Assembly: GCA_023515725.1 (NCBI GenBank)
Contig: JALDTO010000155.1
Span: 717,147-781,146 of the forward strand
Source of the DNA: Amoeboaphelidium protococcarum X5
Taxonomy: Eukaryota > Fungi > Aphelidiomycota
Length of the DNA stretch: 64,000 bases
Reading direction: 5' to 3'
Below the pieces are notes generated by a model that did no database searches, was not told the DNA's origin, and was given only the letters and a program-made list of their open reading frames with translations. Position numbers and translations under genes: made by a program. Every line of letters starts with the position of its first letter. Position 1 is the first letter of the stretch. Positions 14,028 to 28,349 of the stretch are shown piece after piece.

Positions 14028-14775
14028 TCACGATTTAGTACTTTTAAAAGAGCCAAAACCCATCATTTAAGCCACGTGGTTATCTTGGGAATCTTGGACA
14101 ATCGCATCATCGTCAGCCAAACGTCGTTTTCGTTACTCTTTCAGTTTCAATTTCCTCTATTATATCTCTTACTTGTCCTTCTCCATCAGACCTCTGATAT
14201 GCTCTTCATAATCAAACGCTGTATTCTAAGCAGATTACTATTATTACAATTTTCGCGCCTTCAACTCTTCCAATTTCTATAACACATCCTGCACAGTGGC
14301 ACGTCGCCGTTTCACACTGGAGTTCAGAATTGGCGCGTCCGATAGAGCAGACAATTTGTCCCGATGAGAGCGAGAACTCAAGTGGTCGAGATACGAGTTG
14401 TTGTCTTTGAACAGTTGATCACACAGCTTGCAGTAGAATCCCGGTTTAAGCGATTTATAAGATTATCCGGCGCGTTTCCCCACGGCTGTAGCACTATCAG
14501 GCAAAATCTATGGGCGATTAAGTCCCGATTATAGAGTAAATTCAGAAGGCTTCAGAATTTACGTTGATGCTTATTATTACTACGTCTCTTCAGTGTCATC
14601 CCCAGTGCTCACATTCTGATAATCTGCAACATTAAATTTCCTCCTAAAATTTGTATCTCCACCCTACAAATATATATCTATGAATGATTTGCGTTTTAAA
14701 ATTAGACACTATTACTTATTAGACGTCTTTGTATACGGACTAATTATCGTGATTAGTTTATTTACGGTCTGCCAT
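14028..14775 (-). CDS. SNU23: U4/U6.U5 snRNP zinc-finger protein Snu23/ZMAT2; one intron 14664-14715
   Basis: DTNFRRKFN, matrin-type finger GFYCKLCDQLFKDNNSYLDHLSSRSH and C-terminal AQMMGFGSFKS. A 52-nt GT-AG intron joins the frames. Confidence 0.88.
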
Positions 14776-14998
14776 TGAAAATTTCAAATGTTGAATATAT
14801 ATTGTCTATACACAATTACAGGTGAAAACAATGTCGACGAATCAAAACGAAAACGCGCGTGAATTCTCTTCCTCTCGACGGAATAATAAGTTGTCGCGAT
14901 CAACTCCTAAACTCGAAACGCCTCACATCAGTTCATACATTTCACCATTACAATTACAACAACGATCAGGATTTGCAGAGGATTATAGTGAGGATAAG

Positions 14999-16319
14999 AT
15001 GGCAACTGAACAAGTTTAAACTTAGAGTATGGGTGTTAAGGTTACGCTGCGTCTGTATTCACTGTATCTGTTCTGGCGTGGTGTTCTGTTCACTCTTTTA
15101 TCATATGTTCTACCGGGACTGGTGATTCGCTTCAACCGTAATAGTCCTGCTCTAGCACATGCTCAAGGCCAAGTTCCTACTTAGGCAGCTGTTCTGATTA
15201 CTGGTTGCAGCTCAGGTATCGGAGCTGATGCAGCGCTTTATTTAGCAAGTTCCGGGTACCTGGTCTTTGCTTGTGTTCGCAGACCTGAAGATGGAGAACG
15301 TCTTGTGCAGTTGTTCAGATCTATTGCTGAAAAGTCTCAAGTATCAGTCAGAAATGGTATATTTCAAGGTATTGCTATACATTTGAACTTTAATTTACCA
15401 ATTCTATTTTTTATAGGTGTAGGTAAAATTGTGCCATTAATGTGTGATGTGGTGAAGCAGGACACTATTGACAAGGCTGTGAAGAGAGTGGAGGAGGTGT
15501 GTACGTAGTAGAATGCATCGCTCATCTCCATTGTGAATAATGCTGGTGTCAGCTTTGCATGTCCACTTGAGATGGAAGATTTAAAGCATGTTCAAAACGT
15601 GTTTGACATTAATCTGTTTGGTGTGATGAGAATCACTCAAGCGTTTCTGCCTCTCATCCGCAAGTATACTGTGCAGTCTGAGTAGAATGCAGGGGATAGA
15701 AGTAAAGGCGGAAGTGGCCGTGTGGTGTTTATTGGTAGCTAGAGCGGCACTGCTTCTATTGTTGCAATGGGTGTCTACTCAGCCACCAAGTATAGTATGG
15801 AAGCTCTTGCGGATTCTCTGCGTCAAGAAGTGCTGAATCAGGGCATTGCAGTTTCCATCATCAAGCCAGGTAAAATCTGCTTTCATTTCGTAGATTTATT
15901 CTAAATTATTGAAAATAATTTGTACGAAATGTGTAGGTGCCGTGTTTACTCCCATTTTTGATAAGGCTAGTGTGCAGAATAACAATGCTTATTAGAAAAT
16001 AGCAAAGGATAAGAAATTGATTGCTGATACGTGGTACCATGACATTTATGAAGCGATCAAGGTCAAGGTGACGATGATGCGTGACTTTGGTATTCCTACA
16101 CGATTTGTGAGTCTGAGCATAAAGGATGCCATTGAGGCTAGTGTACCTGCCACACGATACCTAGTGGGACTTGAGTGCGTACTGGGTGTCAATTTGAGAA
16201 CTATTCTACTGATGGTGGGCACATTGGGAGATGGTATTTACGATGCCGTCATCCGCAAAGCTTTCTATATCGGAAAGCAAGTTGGTGAAGAGGTGCTTGA
16301 AGAGAAGAAGGTGAATTGA
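14999..16319 (+). CDS. Short-chain dehydrogenase/reductase (RDH/17beta-HSD-like); introns 15357-15416 (likely) and 15870-15936
   Basis: AVLITGCSSGIG, IVNNAGV, catalytic YSATK and VSIIKPG. The second intron is required for frame. An upstream in-frame ATG at 14831 is an alternative start. Confidence 0.88.
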
Positions 16320-16455
16320 ACTATACTGTGAGGATTGAGATGCGGGGATGGATGGATGGATGTGGGTGGTCGAATACTGCTCAAACTATACTGTTATTCA
16401 CTACCAATTGAAGCAAAAAAATGGAATTGAAATTATTTTATTACATCTTTAATAC

Positions 16456-17565
16456 TCACTCTTCAAAGAATGTCAAGTGTGAGGTGTTCAACAGCGGGTC
16501 GCACTAGGATTGCTACTGGATATTTTAAGATGATGATGTTGATGCAATTGGAGACATTGTCGATGTATTACTACCACCTATAGAGCTCTCCTGAATATCA
16601 ACAGCATCCAATTCATCTTCCTATTCCTCCACATTAGTACTTGATTATGATTATGTAGATTCATCCAACAACAATCTTAATTCAGAGCGATCAAAAAATT
16701 AGATAATCCTTGCAGGAGCACCAAATCTGGATAGAAAACGCGGCAACTTCCAGATCAAAGCATAGCTCAGGTACAGACTCAACACTGGACTGGCATAGGA
16801 CTTCCAGACTAGAGATCGAAGCTTTCTACTATTCAGTCTTTTAATCAATTATCTATCGCGCGAATTGTTAGAACTCTGTACCTTGTTGACACCATACATA
16901 TTTGAATTTAGTGTAGATTATTATTGCTGCCATGAAGATTACCTCAGAGAAGACGTTTATCCCTTATGATCAACTTCAAAATGTAAATAGCAAACATAGC
17001 AGAGCATGAGCGACATGATCACAGCACCAAAAGCGATAAAGTATGCATATAAAAAGTAGGAATATGACGGGATGGTGTTAACAGGACCTCTCCCCAAAGT
17101 CACTTCATCAATCAGAATGTGATAGAAGAGCCATGAGAATCCAATGCCAAATATCAATTCAAAAGACGCGTAAATCAGTGCAGCCGCAGGATCTAATAAT
17201 GCGATAAAAGCGACATATATCATAAGTATGCTGAAAGCCACCGCGGGGAATGTTGTCGTAGACATTGCAACGTGAGGAGACACGGCAGAGAGCAGTGATC
17301 CACAGCATAGAGTGAGGATGAAATAAAATATAGGATGCATGAGCATAAGCTATATGAAGCATTAAAGCAATCTATTCGTATTGCTATAACGGTATATATT
17401 GTGCAGGAATAGCAACTCCTTTCTCAGCGTTGACTTACGGGCAAGCAATACTGATGATCTAAAGGATAGTCGTGGATACTTTGAATTATAATCAAACTCG
17501 GCATCATTATCATTCATTTCTAATAGTGTCTCTCTATTGCCACCTTCTTATAATTATTCTGTCAT
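16456..17565 (-). CDS. Multi-pass membrane protein, weakly DUF962/Mpo1-like
   Basis: 370-codon table-6 ORF with 4-5 hydrophobic helices. LRKELLFLHNIYRYSNTNRLLQCF loosely resembles the DUF962 N-terminus but lacks its His ligands. Confidence 0.55.
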
Positions 17566-18165
17566 TTCTAAATCAGTTTATCCAGATAACTTTACAATAA
17601 TGAATGAACTAGCTTATTAAAGTGATTATAAAGCAAACTAATCAGGGGAAAAGATTGATCAAAGACGACATCTGGCGGAAAAAGCTAAACGCGTGTTAAT
17701 GAACGAGAAGGTGAAAACGCGTAAAGCTTTTACACGCTACGTGGCATAAGCATAAGAGCATACTTTTATAGAGTAAGTAAATAAGGCAATAAGTAAGCAT
17801 CAGATAAAAATTCATGACAATCATCAATGTAATTATGACCGCCCGTCATGATATTTCTTCATCACACGCTTCATATAGTGGATAGATAACGTTACCGACA
17901 ATGAGTAAAGTAAATCTATCTAATACCATAGAATAGCTAATCAGACAAGGCTGAAACTAAAATACAATCCTTCACTGTAATTCAGGTGTATAAAGAAAAT
18001 TTCTTATCATCCCTTTAGCTATTCATTAATATATCAACACACATTTGCTACATGTGCCAAAATGTGTTGCTCAGTCAAATAACAAGTAGAATGCAAATGG
18101 AAAAACTAGAAAGGAAAGGTCCTGTTCGGTTGTCTTTTGACTGAGCGAGCAAGAAACTCACAATC

Positions 18166-18507
18166 ATGGAAGAAGGAGAAGAAGCATTATAATAGTCTGA
18201 GCTGGAGCAGTCAACATCGCCTGTAGATTACTAAACTTCTCCATCAGCGGAGAATGTCCGCGATCAAGGTTTCAATTAAGAAGAAGATAAAGAATAGGAA
18301 TAGGAGGACGTGTTCTTTGATACTCTATATGAGCCCGATCCTCAGTATCAGGCAACACCTCTGATTTCGCCAGTTCCTCCACCTTATATGCCTGCACGTT
18401 CTCGCTAGTCACACCACTCTAATCGGTCGTATTAATAATAACACTAGCAAGGCTCTCATTATTAGCAGTATGGGCACTCATATTCCAGGCGATAGCATCC
18501 TTATTGA
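18166..18507 (+). CDS. Small low-complexity hypothetical protein (acidic N-half, PPPY motif, Gln/His/Tyr tail)
   Basis: 113-aa table-6 ORF MEEGEEALQQSELEQ...PVPPPYMPARSRQ...QHPY. TAR codons fall in Gln-rich context. Confidence 0.45.
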
Positions 18508-18646
18508 TTGTTCATTGTAAATACATTAAACGTATTGATTTCGCGTTAATTTTCAATTGGATGTTACTTAACACCTTAAGGGATCCGTTGAAATAGAAAA
18601 TGCAAATGATATAACAGTAAACTTCGATAGCAAATTGTTTTCATAA

Positions 18647-19539
18647 TCACATAGTCTCCATTGCTGCTGCACTTTGAGTACCGCGACGTTGCTTCTTGGC
18701 CTCAGCTTCACGCTCCTTCTCATCTTCAATTGACTTGACCAACTGCTCAATATCCTTGTCGCTGAGCATTGAGATCACTCCCTCATTCGGGCGCTTAGAG
18801 TCTGCAGAAGGTGCGGTCATTACAGCAATTTCAATATTCTTTGCACCAGTCTGCACAACTTCCAGCAGAGCCTTCACAGTCAGTGCCACAGTCTCATCCT
18901 TGTTCAGAGAGTCGGTCCAGTTCTTCTCCAGGAACTCTTGCACAGTCTTACTATTTCTGCCAATCGCTGCCGCCTTCCACAGAGTATATACACCAGCTGG
19001 ATCGGTCTGATACAACATTGGAGCCAACTTGGCCTCGGTGGATGAACCGCTATCACTCTGCAGATCGAAACCCATGATTAGTGTGCTGATGCCGAATGGT
19101 CGCACACCACCACTCTGAGTGTACTTCTACTAGACACCGGCCACGTACTTGGCAATCTGCTCGGTCGAAGGCGCATCCTCTAGCATGAGACGGAACGACT
19201 AACACTCCACTCTGGCCTTGTTGATCAGAACTCTAGCATCAGCCTACAGACCAGCGAATGCCATACAAATGTGTCTGTCCAACATGACCAATTTCTTTAT
19301 AGTCTTGGACTCTTGCAGTTTAGCCACAGACTTTTTCTCAACGCCCAGCACTACGCAATCTTTACCGCGAACACCAACCTACATAGAATATTAATAATGA
19401 CTTGCGTATTATTAGACCGGCACTTATATTGCATGTAACTTACCACACATGTTCCCTTGCGAACCGCTTCTAAAGCGTATTCAACTTGGAATAAATGACC
19501 ATCAGGCGAAAAGACTGTCAATGCTCTATCGTACGACAT
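18647..19539 (-). CDS. PRE6: 20S proteasome subunit alpha-4; intron 19379-19443
   Basis: [29 protein letters not shown], (TAG=Q)(TAG=Q)[17 protein letters not shown] 65-nt GTAAGT...TAG intron gives 276 codons. Confidence 0.96.
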
Positions 19540-19786
19540 TATGACTCAAATTAATTATATCCGACTCTTGATTTTATTTTAATGTACTGTACGTGGAATA
19601 AGAACGAGAAGACGCTGTAGACAGACAACTTGATACGCACTTGGCTGAAAGAAGAGAGAGAGAGAGAGAGAGTTAGAAACGCGAGCGAGAAGATCTAAAC
19701 TACGTCAGTCGCCAACTACACTTTAAATCAAGAGGGTTATGAAGAACATCAAAGAAGAATGATATAATTACTTTATATGTTCATAA

Positions 19787-22054
19787 TCATGAATCAATGA
19801 TAAAATCATCACCTTCCCAGGCGGTGTTACCACTGCGAGGTTGACTCCATCGCCAGCGGAATAAACGTTCCAAAGATGATAACTAACGAGATTCCAATGT
19901 TTAATGTGACTGTTGATAAGGCTGACCAAATATGACAAAGGGAAGGACAAAGAGGCGCCAAATGGATAACATGATCAGAATCGCTGTTGCCCCAGTGTAG
20001 TCATAGACTGAGCGCAATTATCTGGGAGCAAAGTGGCGGAGAAATAGACCAAACAGAGTAGTGATTGTCACAGCTATCCAACAAGGCACATATAAACATA
20101 GTGATACAATGGATGAAAGGGACATTGGCCATTAAAGCTAACTAGCGCTGCGAAATACATTTGGTTTAAGCACTCGCAATGATTATCTCCTCTATAGCGA
20201 TTACTATCTCATGGCATACGTAGAAGGAGAGTATAATTCCTGATCATCATCATTACCACCGCCGCTGCCTCGATGATAACCCAAAAACTGATCCAACGCG
20301 TCCTGTCTATACGAGTCTGCAATGTTGTTCATGTAATATCGACTCAGCATTTTGAACATGGTCAGCAATTTCGGTCTCAACTTCCCATACAGGCCCAGAG
20401 TTAGTAAATTCATCAGAAGACCAAGTATTGACCAACCAGTAAGTGGTTACCTGATGAAGGAGCAATGCAAAGTGCCAGTGCCAGTGTACTAAAGCGCCAG
20501 TGCATTGCCATTAGCAATCCAAATATTGCGCCATTTTTATATGAAATCTCCGCCAAAATGGCTATTCAGATTGTACTCTAAATCTCTAATAGAATGAACG
20601 TGATCTGCACCACCAATCTCGGAGGACAAGAGGTATGATGCCACCACAAACATCACCATATTGGTTCGATCAAGACAGTCGAGACAATTCAATCTGAACA
20701 TGCTCGTTTATATCTTATTCACCTTCACGTTAAGCAACTATTATGCTTAAGACGGCCCTTGAACCGTACTACTACCACTACTGCTATTTGTTTAACTCCG
20801 TCTTCTCATTCTAGATCCACCGCTGGATACTGGAACTCTAACTGAAAATATAGAACCTTCATTGCCAGCAGAATGACGCAAATTTTCGAGGAGATCTTTC
20901 ATTTGGAAACCGCCACTGTTAATATCTATGGCGTGATGATGCACATCCGGCAGATGCTTGGACATTGCATCAGAAAATACGCGACGCAGCTGAGCCTCAT
21001 ACCCAGCAGTATTCAGTAGATTAATCACACGGACATCCGGGTACTCATTCTGAACCATTTAGAAACTCTTCTTCATCGCTTGTACAGTCTGATCATCCTC
21101 TTACCTTACAACAAGTGGTGGCTTATAGCTGAGATCAACTTCGTGATGCCAAATCCATGGCACACTACCACGAAGCATTACAAATGACGATAATTCCATA
21201 AACTAACTGGACAATTACTTTACCAAAATCACCTCAGTCTCAGCCATCATTGCACAGTATCCATTCAAATCTATTCCACGCCTAGTGTACCGTGTACCAG
21301 CTCTTTTACGTGACATTCTACTTATTAAATACACTGATTAAAACCTATTATTACTATTACTGGTACTAGAGGAGATTTATTAATCTTGTACAGGTATACA
21401 ATTAACATATCCACAAATCAGTTTCCTCTAAAACTATATCAACTAAGGATTATCCATGATGGCTCGAGTCAGAGGGATTTATAAAAATCTATTCCACCAA
21501 TATAAATCTCCATCATGTTAATTTTATTATGATAATTACACTTAAAGGCTTCGAGTCAAGTCATAATCATCACTAAAGTAAATCTAACCAGATTCTAGAA
21601 TACTAATCACATTCTATACAGTTTCATGGAGCAATTACTCTTGCGACAGAGTAAGGAACTATTATTTATGAATATACTAAGAGCCAGCCTTCACGCATCT
21701 CTAGATTGATAAAGATGCTGATGTTGCGTTATTAGAGCCACCGTTCATATTTACAGGAGACTGGCAAATATATTAGGCTTCACTGATATAAAAGATTAAA
21801 CTAGCAAATCCAAGATGCACGAATCCAGCAATACATACAATTCGCTCTTCAACCACATATTTACTAGAAGTGAGTGGTGCAAAGTCATCATGTATTTATT
21901 CCAGTTTAAATTGCAAATCAGAATCTGTAGCAGAAATGGTCAACACATCACTCTATGCAGCAGCAGAAGCAGACGAAGATGATAACGAACTAGCAGATGT
22001 GTCTTGATGAGCACAAATAGAAACTTGACCATCAGAAGAAATATACAGATCCAT
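19787..22054 (-). CDS. SAC1-domain phosphoinositide phosphatase with C-terminal hydrophobic segments
   Basis: RMSRKRAGTRYTRRGID..GYCAMMAETE, LRGSVPWIW, catalytic RLNCLDCLDRTN (CX5RT), NGNALALQYTGTG and SRYYMNNIADSYRQDALD. Confidence 0.88.
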
Positions 22055-22404
22055 TATACAAATTCCCTGTAACTGATAATTATAGTTTGTTCAAATAAAA
22101 TTACAATAGGTACTATGTCAAGATAAAGTACTTAGATTGAAGCGAGTATTATGAAGAAGAAAGTAAAGAAGGACATTTACGAAACGAACGAAGCGTCGAA
22201 CAGACGGTCTTTTGCCACCACTGATAGTGTCAACAGAGCATATTCTACTATCTATATAGCGACAACTATGAAAAGAAGATTTAACCTTATCATATAATTC
22301 TAATTAAATCTTTATTTTTGGCTCTAAGCTGCAATATTATCAACTTTCATTAGTCCCAAGATCGCGACAGAACGACAAATGCCCTTTCCAATACCGCAGC
22401 GGAT

Positions 22405-23868
22405 TCACTTCTTGGTCTTTCCACTCAAGTCGTGAATATCCTGGGACAATAGCAGAGATCTCTACTCTGCAGCCTTGAGACTCTTTTCCGAGTGTGGAAT
22501 AAGACCAATCTTGCGCCACATGTGCTTCTGCATGATGCGCTGGTTGCTTTCAGCATTCTCCTTAATACCTCCTTGTTTCATCGCACGGGTGAACGCCTCA
22601 TCCATATACCAGCCTTACTACGCAACTTCCTCAGCAACGGGACCATCAACCCACCCGCCGGTTAACTATTTAGCCAATCTTCTCAAAGAATTCTTGGTCT
22701 ACGTCCACGCCATACGACTTGCAGATAATGGCATCATATTGAAGGATAGGTAAGTTAACGCGTGTCCAACCTTGATGCGTTTAGCAGAATACGCCTCCAA
22801 CGCAGCGTCAATGTCCTCACCGTTGTTATCGCGTAGACAATGAGACAAAACACTTGCATCAACCAAAGCAGTGTTCAATCCCATACCCATGCCAGGACTG
22901 GTTGCATGAGCAGCGTCACCAACTAAAACAGCACTACCATACTTTTAGCCCAAGTGATACGGATAGCAAGTGAGCTGTTGAGTCTGATACCAGGTGGCTT
23001 TCAATAAATTTTCGCAATCCTCCAAAGACAGATTCAACTTGGCAGATGCATTATTCAACAATTTCTGTAGTTACAAAGGATCAGACGTGATAAATCTCTC
23101 ATCCAGAATATTCTCATCCGATGAGCCAATTATAAAGTTCAAATATTCGCCATCAGAAGGAAGCATCAAAGCATTACATCCCTTAACCACATTTGGAAAG
23201 AAGGTCATTGCTGACGGATTTATGCCCTTCGGACACTTGATAAAGATGGTCTTTATACTTTGGAGGATATCACTCTGCGAGAAGTGGTACTGTGGACTCT
23301 GAGAAAATAAAGAGTTGCGAACCATAGAATATGTACCATCTGCTCCCACCAGAAGATCATAAGTCAGCGGCTACAATGGCTCATCTCTCACCTTAATCCA
23401 CACAGATTTTTCGCGACCATCAACGAACGCCACTTTGCAATTGAATCTCAACGTAAGTCTCTCTGTGGCCTCAGGCATCGCTTTCAGAAAATCCAATAGC
23501 TTTATCACCAAATTGTTTCTATCAACCAGGGCGCTCTCAGACTTGATTTCAAACTTCATCTTGCCAAAATGCATATTGATCTACTTGGACTCTTACACGG
23601 CGACCTTCACTTAGTCCCAAAGGCCATCAATCTCGGATAGCGCCTGCTGCCCAATAGAGGCGATACTTATCATCCAGCTCTTGGCTCGAGTAGCCTCGGT
23701 CAACTCATCGCCCTTCTCCAGCAATGTAACATTCCATCCATCTTTCAGCAAATTGATACCTGTCAGGAGACCACACGGACCGCCACCAGCAATGATACAG
23801 CGTCTTATTTACTCGCAACTTCCCACGGTTCTACCACGGATATCAGAATCAAAATCTTCGGAAGACAT
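22405..23868 (-). CDS. FAD-dependent monooxygenase (kynurenine 3-monooxygenase-like)
   Basis: IIAGGGPCGL, DLLVGADGTYSMVR and VLVGDAAHATSPGMGMGLNTALVD; 488 codons in table 6. Confidence 0.85.
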
Positions 23869-24341
23869 TTCAATTTTAAATTGCTGTTACTGTTCTGATA
23901 AAATGATATTATCAAAAAGGAAGGAAACAATAATCAGATAGAAAGCTTTTTAGGGGGATCGCTTAGTATATCACCGAATGAAAATTAAAGTGGCGCAGCA
24001 GTGCTTAAATAAAACCGCGTGGTTCATTTACTGCAGCCAATAGTTCCAAAAATATTCCTATCTTATTATTAATAACGTTTCAATTTATCTCAGACAATCA
24101 TCAGATATTCACCAATATTACAATTGTCACATCATATTCAATTGGAAGTGGCAGAGGCCTGAGTAAACGCGGTTCACTCTGTTCAGACGTCAGTCATTGT
24201 ATCAGCGCCGGCAGTCTTTATGAATTTTTTAAAGATATCAAACTGTCGTGGAACTATAACTTCAAATATCAAAAATAGAGAAAAAATGTCATACGATGTA
24301 GAAATCATCAAGCTCTATAATCAAGATAATTGCTCAGATAA

Positions 24342-25280
24342 TCAAACATTTTCCTATTCATCAGAAACTGGGACCACTTTGTTTCTATTCAAGTAAAGGA
24401 GAGCCAATTAAACCAATCCATTCAAAGCTGAAAACAAGTTGGGAAGTAGGATAAAGTAATCAGCAATGACCAGACCATAAATCGCCCAAAAAGAGCCATT
24501 GATGAAATACGTGAATGCAAGAGGACCGTAAATTAATTTTGAAGTCTGCTCTGGATTTTTAATGACGCGCCTTATGACAGTGAGAGGACTGGCCAGCATT
24601 ATGGTGTAGAAAGAGACGCTGATCGATCCCATGAACGTGGCTCTACCCTGATCATATTTTGGGTCTCGGAAGGCATTTAAAGCCACGAGCTACGCAACTA
24701 GAGCAATGGCAGGACCAAAGACAGCCAGAGCCGCGGCTGCTTTTAACTATTTCATCATGAGCTGTGGATCGTAGCGTGGTTCAGAGGATGTTTTAATCTA
24801 GTTCTACGAGGACAATGAGCGATACTATCTCTTCTCATCACCATCCGCATTTTAATCATCTTACGAGTCTAAGCCATTGGTAGCCTGAAGCGGAATGTCT
24901 TCATCTTGAGGTGCCACTCCATCGCTAAGATCATCGTTATAAATGAAGAATCCATACGCAACCAGTCCAATTACATAGAAAATGCCAGTACATATACCCA
25001 TAAAGCCGACCCAGGATAGAAACAGGTCCTGCTTTTCTACACTATAAAAAGTAATACCGAGGCCATTACCAAGCTAAAGTGCATAGGGGAGAGGATTAAT
25101 CATTTTAGGGCGCACCAACATACGGCCAGCCGTATTCTTGTACGTCAGCAAATATCGAATCATTTACACAACGACAGGCATCGCAGCTAAATACACCAGC
25201 GCACTGGTCACTGAGCCCAGCGACGGAATCACATACCTCAGCACAATAAAACACTCTTAAGATGCACACTCTACAAGCAT
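24342..25280 (-). CDS. SWEET (MtN3/saliva) sugar transporter, copy A
   Basis: INPLPYALQLGNG and MLASPLTVIRRVIK...NGSFWAIYGLVIADYFILLPN form two MtN3 repeats. Confidence 0.88.
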
Positions 25281-25468
25281 TGTCAATACAATTGATAGCT
25301 GGCGGGGAAATTTATATCGCGGGAGCAAAAATTAAAATTATTTCAAAGCAAAAGGTGAAAAATGAGTTGGCGTCTTAAGAGAAGTAGCGCGATCTGGGAT
25401 CTGAGATTCTCGTCATAAAAAATTACAAGCGCTTGTAAAGCAAAACTATATCGCAATTTTACAAAGTA

Positions 25469-26386
25469 TCAAAGCTCGTGCACTGGCGGAGGCTTACCAA
25501 AAATGAACACCAAAACTACCTGCAAAACTCCAACTACAACAGCGACAACATTCGGGAACCAGATGAAATAATCATTGAGAACAAACCCGTAAACAGACCA
25601 TAGGGAGCCGTTCATAATCATGGCAATCGCCAGCGGAATGTAGATGAGTTCTCGCACCTTGGACTCGTATCTCAACTTGAGAATTCTATACAATACAGAC
25701 AGCGGAGCTACGTACAAGAAGGTTAGAAATATCAGAGACGCCACTCCGAATATCATCTTTCTGGCGGCAAAGTACTACTCAGCATTTTCTCTTGGAGTTA
25801 GGGGAATAAATACAACAATAGCCAAGATCAGATTGATACCAAAAGTCACGGTGGTGACTAATAAACTCTACGCCAGTTAACCAGACACCAATTTGACATC
25901 AACAGCGGTCGCCTGCGACTACTACTGATCATCTTCAATCATTACTTGTGTGGAGCCGCGCGGATTCAAAGCATCTTCGCTGATACTCTACATTTTGGCC
26001 ATACCAAGAGAGTTAGCACTTCTCTTCTAGGCGACTATCAAATACGACCCGTAAACTTGGAGCATCACTAGATAGTAGACGGGGAGTATACATCCAAGAA
26101 AATTGACAGCAGCGATAAAGTAATCTTTGACAACAAAAGAGTAAAAGACCCAAGCGAGAGCATTCGGAAGTTGGAACGCATATGGCAGAGGATTTATCAT
26201 CACAGGTCTCTTGTCAGCATCGATATCGTTCAGCAACACCGCCGACTTGAACTGGCGAGTCATAAATCTATGAATCTTCAATATCGAAGGCAGCGCTGAG
26301 AGATTGACTAAAGTTCCAGTTATCACACCCAGAGCAGGAAATACATACGTCAACACTATTACACACGCTTGAGACTCGCAATTCAT
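25469..26386 (-). CDS. SWEET sugar transporter, copy B
   Basis: INPLPYAFQLPNALAWVFYS and YVAPLSVLYRIL...NGSLWSVYGFVLNDYFIWFPN; tandem paralog of copy A. Confidence 0.9.
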
Positions 26387-26808
26387 TCTTACCGATATAC
26401 GCGGAGTTTGCTAGAGAAGAGGACGAAATAGAGGCTTGCGGTTATTTACGGCAGGATATCACTTATCTAATGTAAGTGGAGCAAGTATTTACGAATTCAA
26501 TCGATCGATCCGATGACAGCCACTAAAATGTAAATGGTTTGAAAATTTCACAAATTTGTCATTATTTGCGCGATCTGATGTGATTTGATCATTCATCGTG
26601 ATATGCGCTTCAAGTATTCTCGGACCACTGTTTGCAGTAATGTCCCTCTGAAGCTGAATTATTATATTTAATTAACGCTGTTTACAGTTCATTATTGACA
26701 AATGAACACAAGGTTTTCAATCGTTACAAAACTCGTCCGATATTAAAGATAACATCCAAATACTTGAATGATTAAAAAACGTATTAAGAAAACGCTATTA
26801 AATTGAAA

Positions 26809-27783
26809 TCACTTGATATTGTTCAATTCAGTTAAGGGTGTAGGCTGTTTGTAAGTTCCGAATAGTCTGTCTAGAACTCCAAAAGGACCATAATTGCAGT
26901 AACCAACGCGATGATGCATGTCGTGTAAAGCCGGAGTGTCCATTGAAGGATACTTGTGACCACAGTGAGCGTGTATGGCAGCTATTTGAGCAGCACAAAT
27001 CCATATAATCACTAAAGCAAAGTGACTACGCATTATCATTGGGCCTACCAGCATTGGAAGAGTATTAACCAATAAATGTTCAACTGGATGGGCTGAAACA
27101 GCAGCTGTTCCCGTTGGAGACTTGAACTGATGATGAATCTTATGGAAACGCCAGAATTACTAAGTATGACACAGACGATGGAAGAAGTATAAAAGTACTT
27201 CGTCAACTGTAGCAATGACCAGAATGTTCAGAATTAAGCGCCATACGGTCGGAAATGGCTGGGATAATGACCAGTCGACGCGAGTCATAACTAGCCAATA
27301 TAAAATAGTAAGTGGAAGGTTAACTACCAACTGATTGCGCAAAACATTCACAGCAGCGGATTTTATATCCTACCATGAAGTTTTGCGTTCAGGTTACAAC
27401 TTGTATTGCGACGCACCAGGCCAGAATTCAAGCGCTGTATACACAGCAGCTGCCACCCAGTAAGCCAAAGATGTAACCGAGAAGCCACCAACTACCATTA
27501 GTAAGAACTGATCATTTGAATCATCAAAATACTTGTCCGCAATCCTACTCCACAAAGCATCCAGATCGCAGAAATGTTACACAGCAGCGTAAAGCAACAA
27601 AAATGTACCCACTTGAATATGCAGATTACCGCCATCACCATCGGGAGTGCCAAATACATGACGAATGTTTGAGGCTCGTATCTTAAAGTCGTTCCAGGAT
27701 AATGGCTGTATAGGCTGAAACTCATCAGCATCAACTGCCTGAGTACTGACCAGCTTTTCAGTTGACTTTTCTAAATCCATCAT
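26809..27783 (-). CDS. Fatty-acid hydroxylase/sterol desaturase family protein (FAXDC2-like)
   Basis: His boxes YFFHRLCH, HKIHHQF, AHPVEH, HAHCGH and HDMHH, then NYGPFGVLDRLFGT. Confidence 0.9.
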
Positions 27784-28349
27784 TGTGTGCTTATTTAAAA
27801 TCGGAAAGGAGACAAAATTATTTATAAAGCCACCATAAGGAGTGGGATTACGAAAGCTTTGTGAGTGCAGACATAGGACCGCGTGTTTATACAGTACATT
27901 GTCTCATTACAAAGTGGCGCGTCTATATCTATTCATGGCTGTCATACGCCATCGAGACGCAAACTAATGCTTATTGGTGATATGTGATAAGCAAATACAT
28001 CAGTACAATCGATAGGATAAGTCTTTAATGACTGACGACCAACATAGGCGTCAACTGCAACTTATTTACACACTATGAGTACAGTACAACATTGATTTCA
28101 CTCAATTCGTTTAGTCGTTAAATAGCTTTGCACGATTCTAGACATATCCGGAACTGAATACGAAATTAAAATCATAAATAGCTTTTCTATTTACATCATT
28201 AGATCGACCTTTCAATCTGAGGTATTAACGCATCTCCGGTGACATATTTAAGGGGTAACATTGGTGTGTGACTTGATCACAATCTACCGCACTTCACTAT
28301 TTTACTGTTGTCCAAGCATAGTAATACATTTTTAGTCTATTGATTCGCT

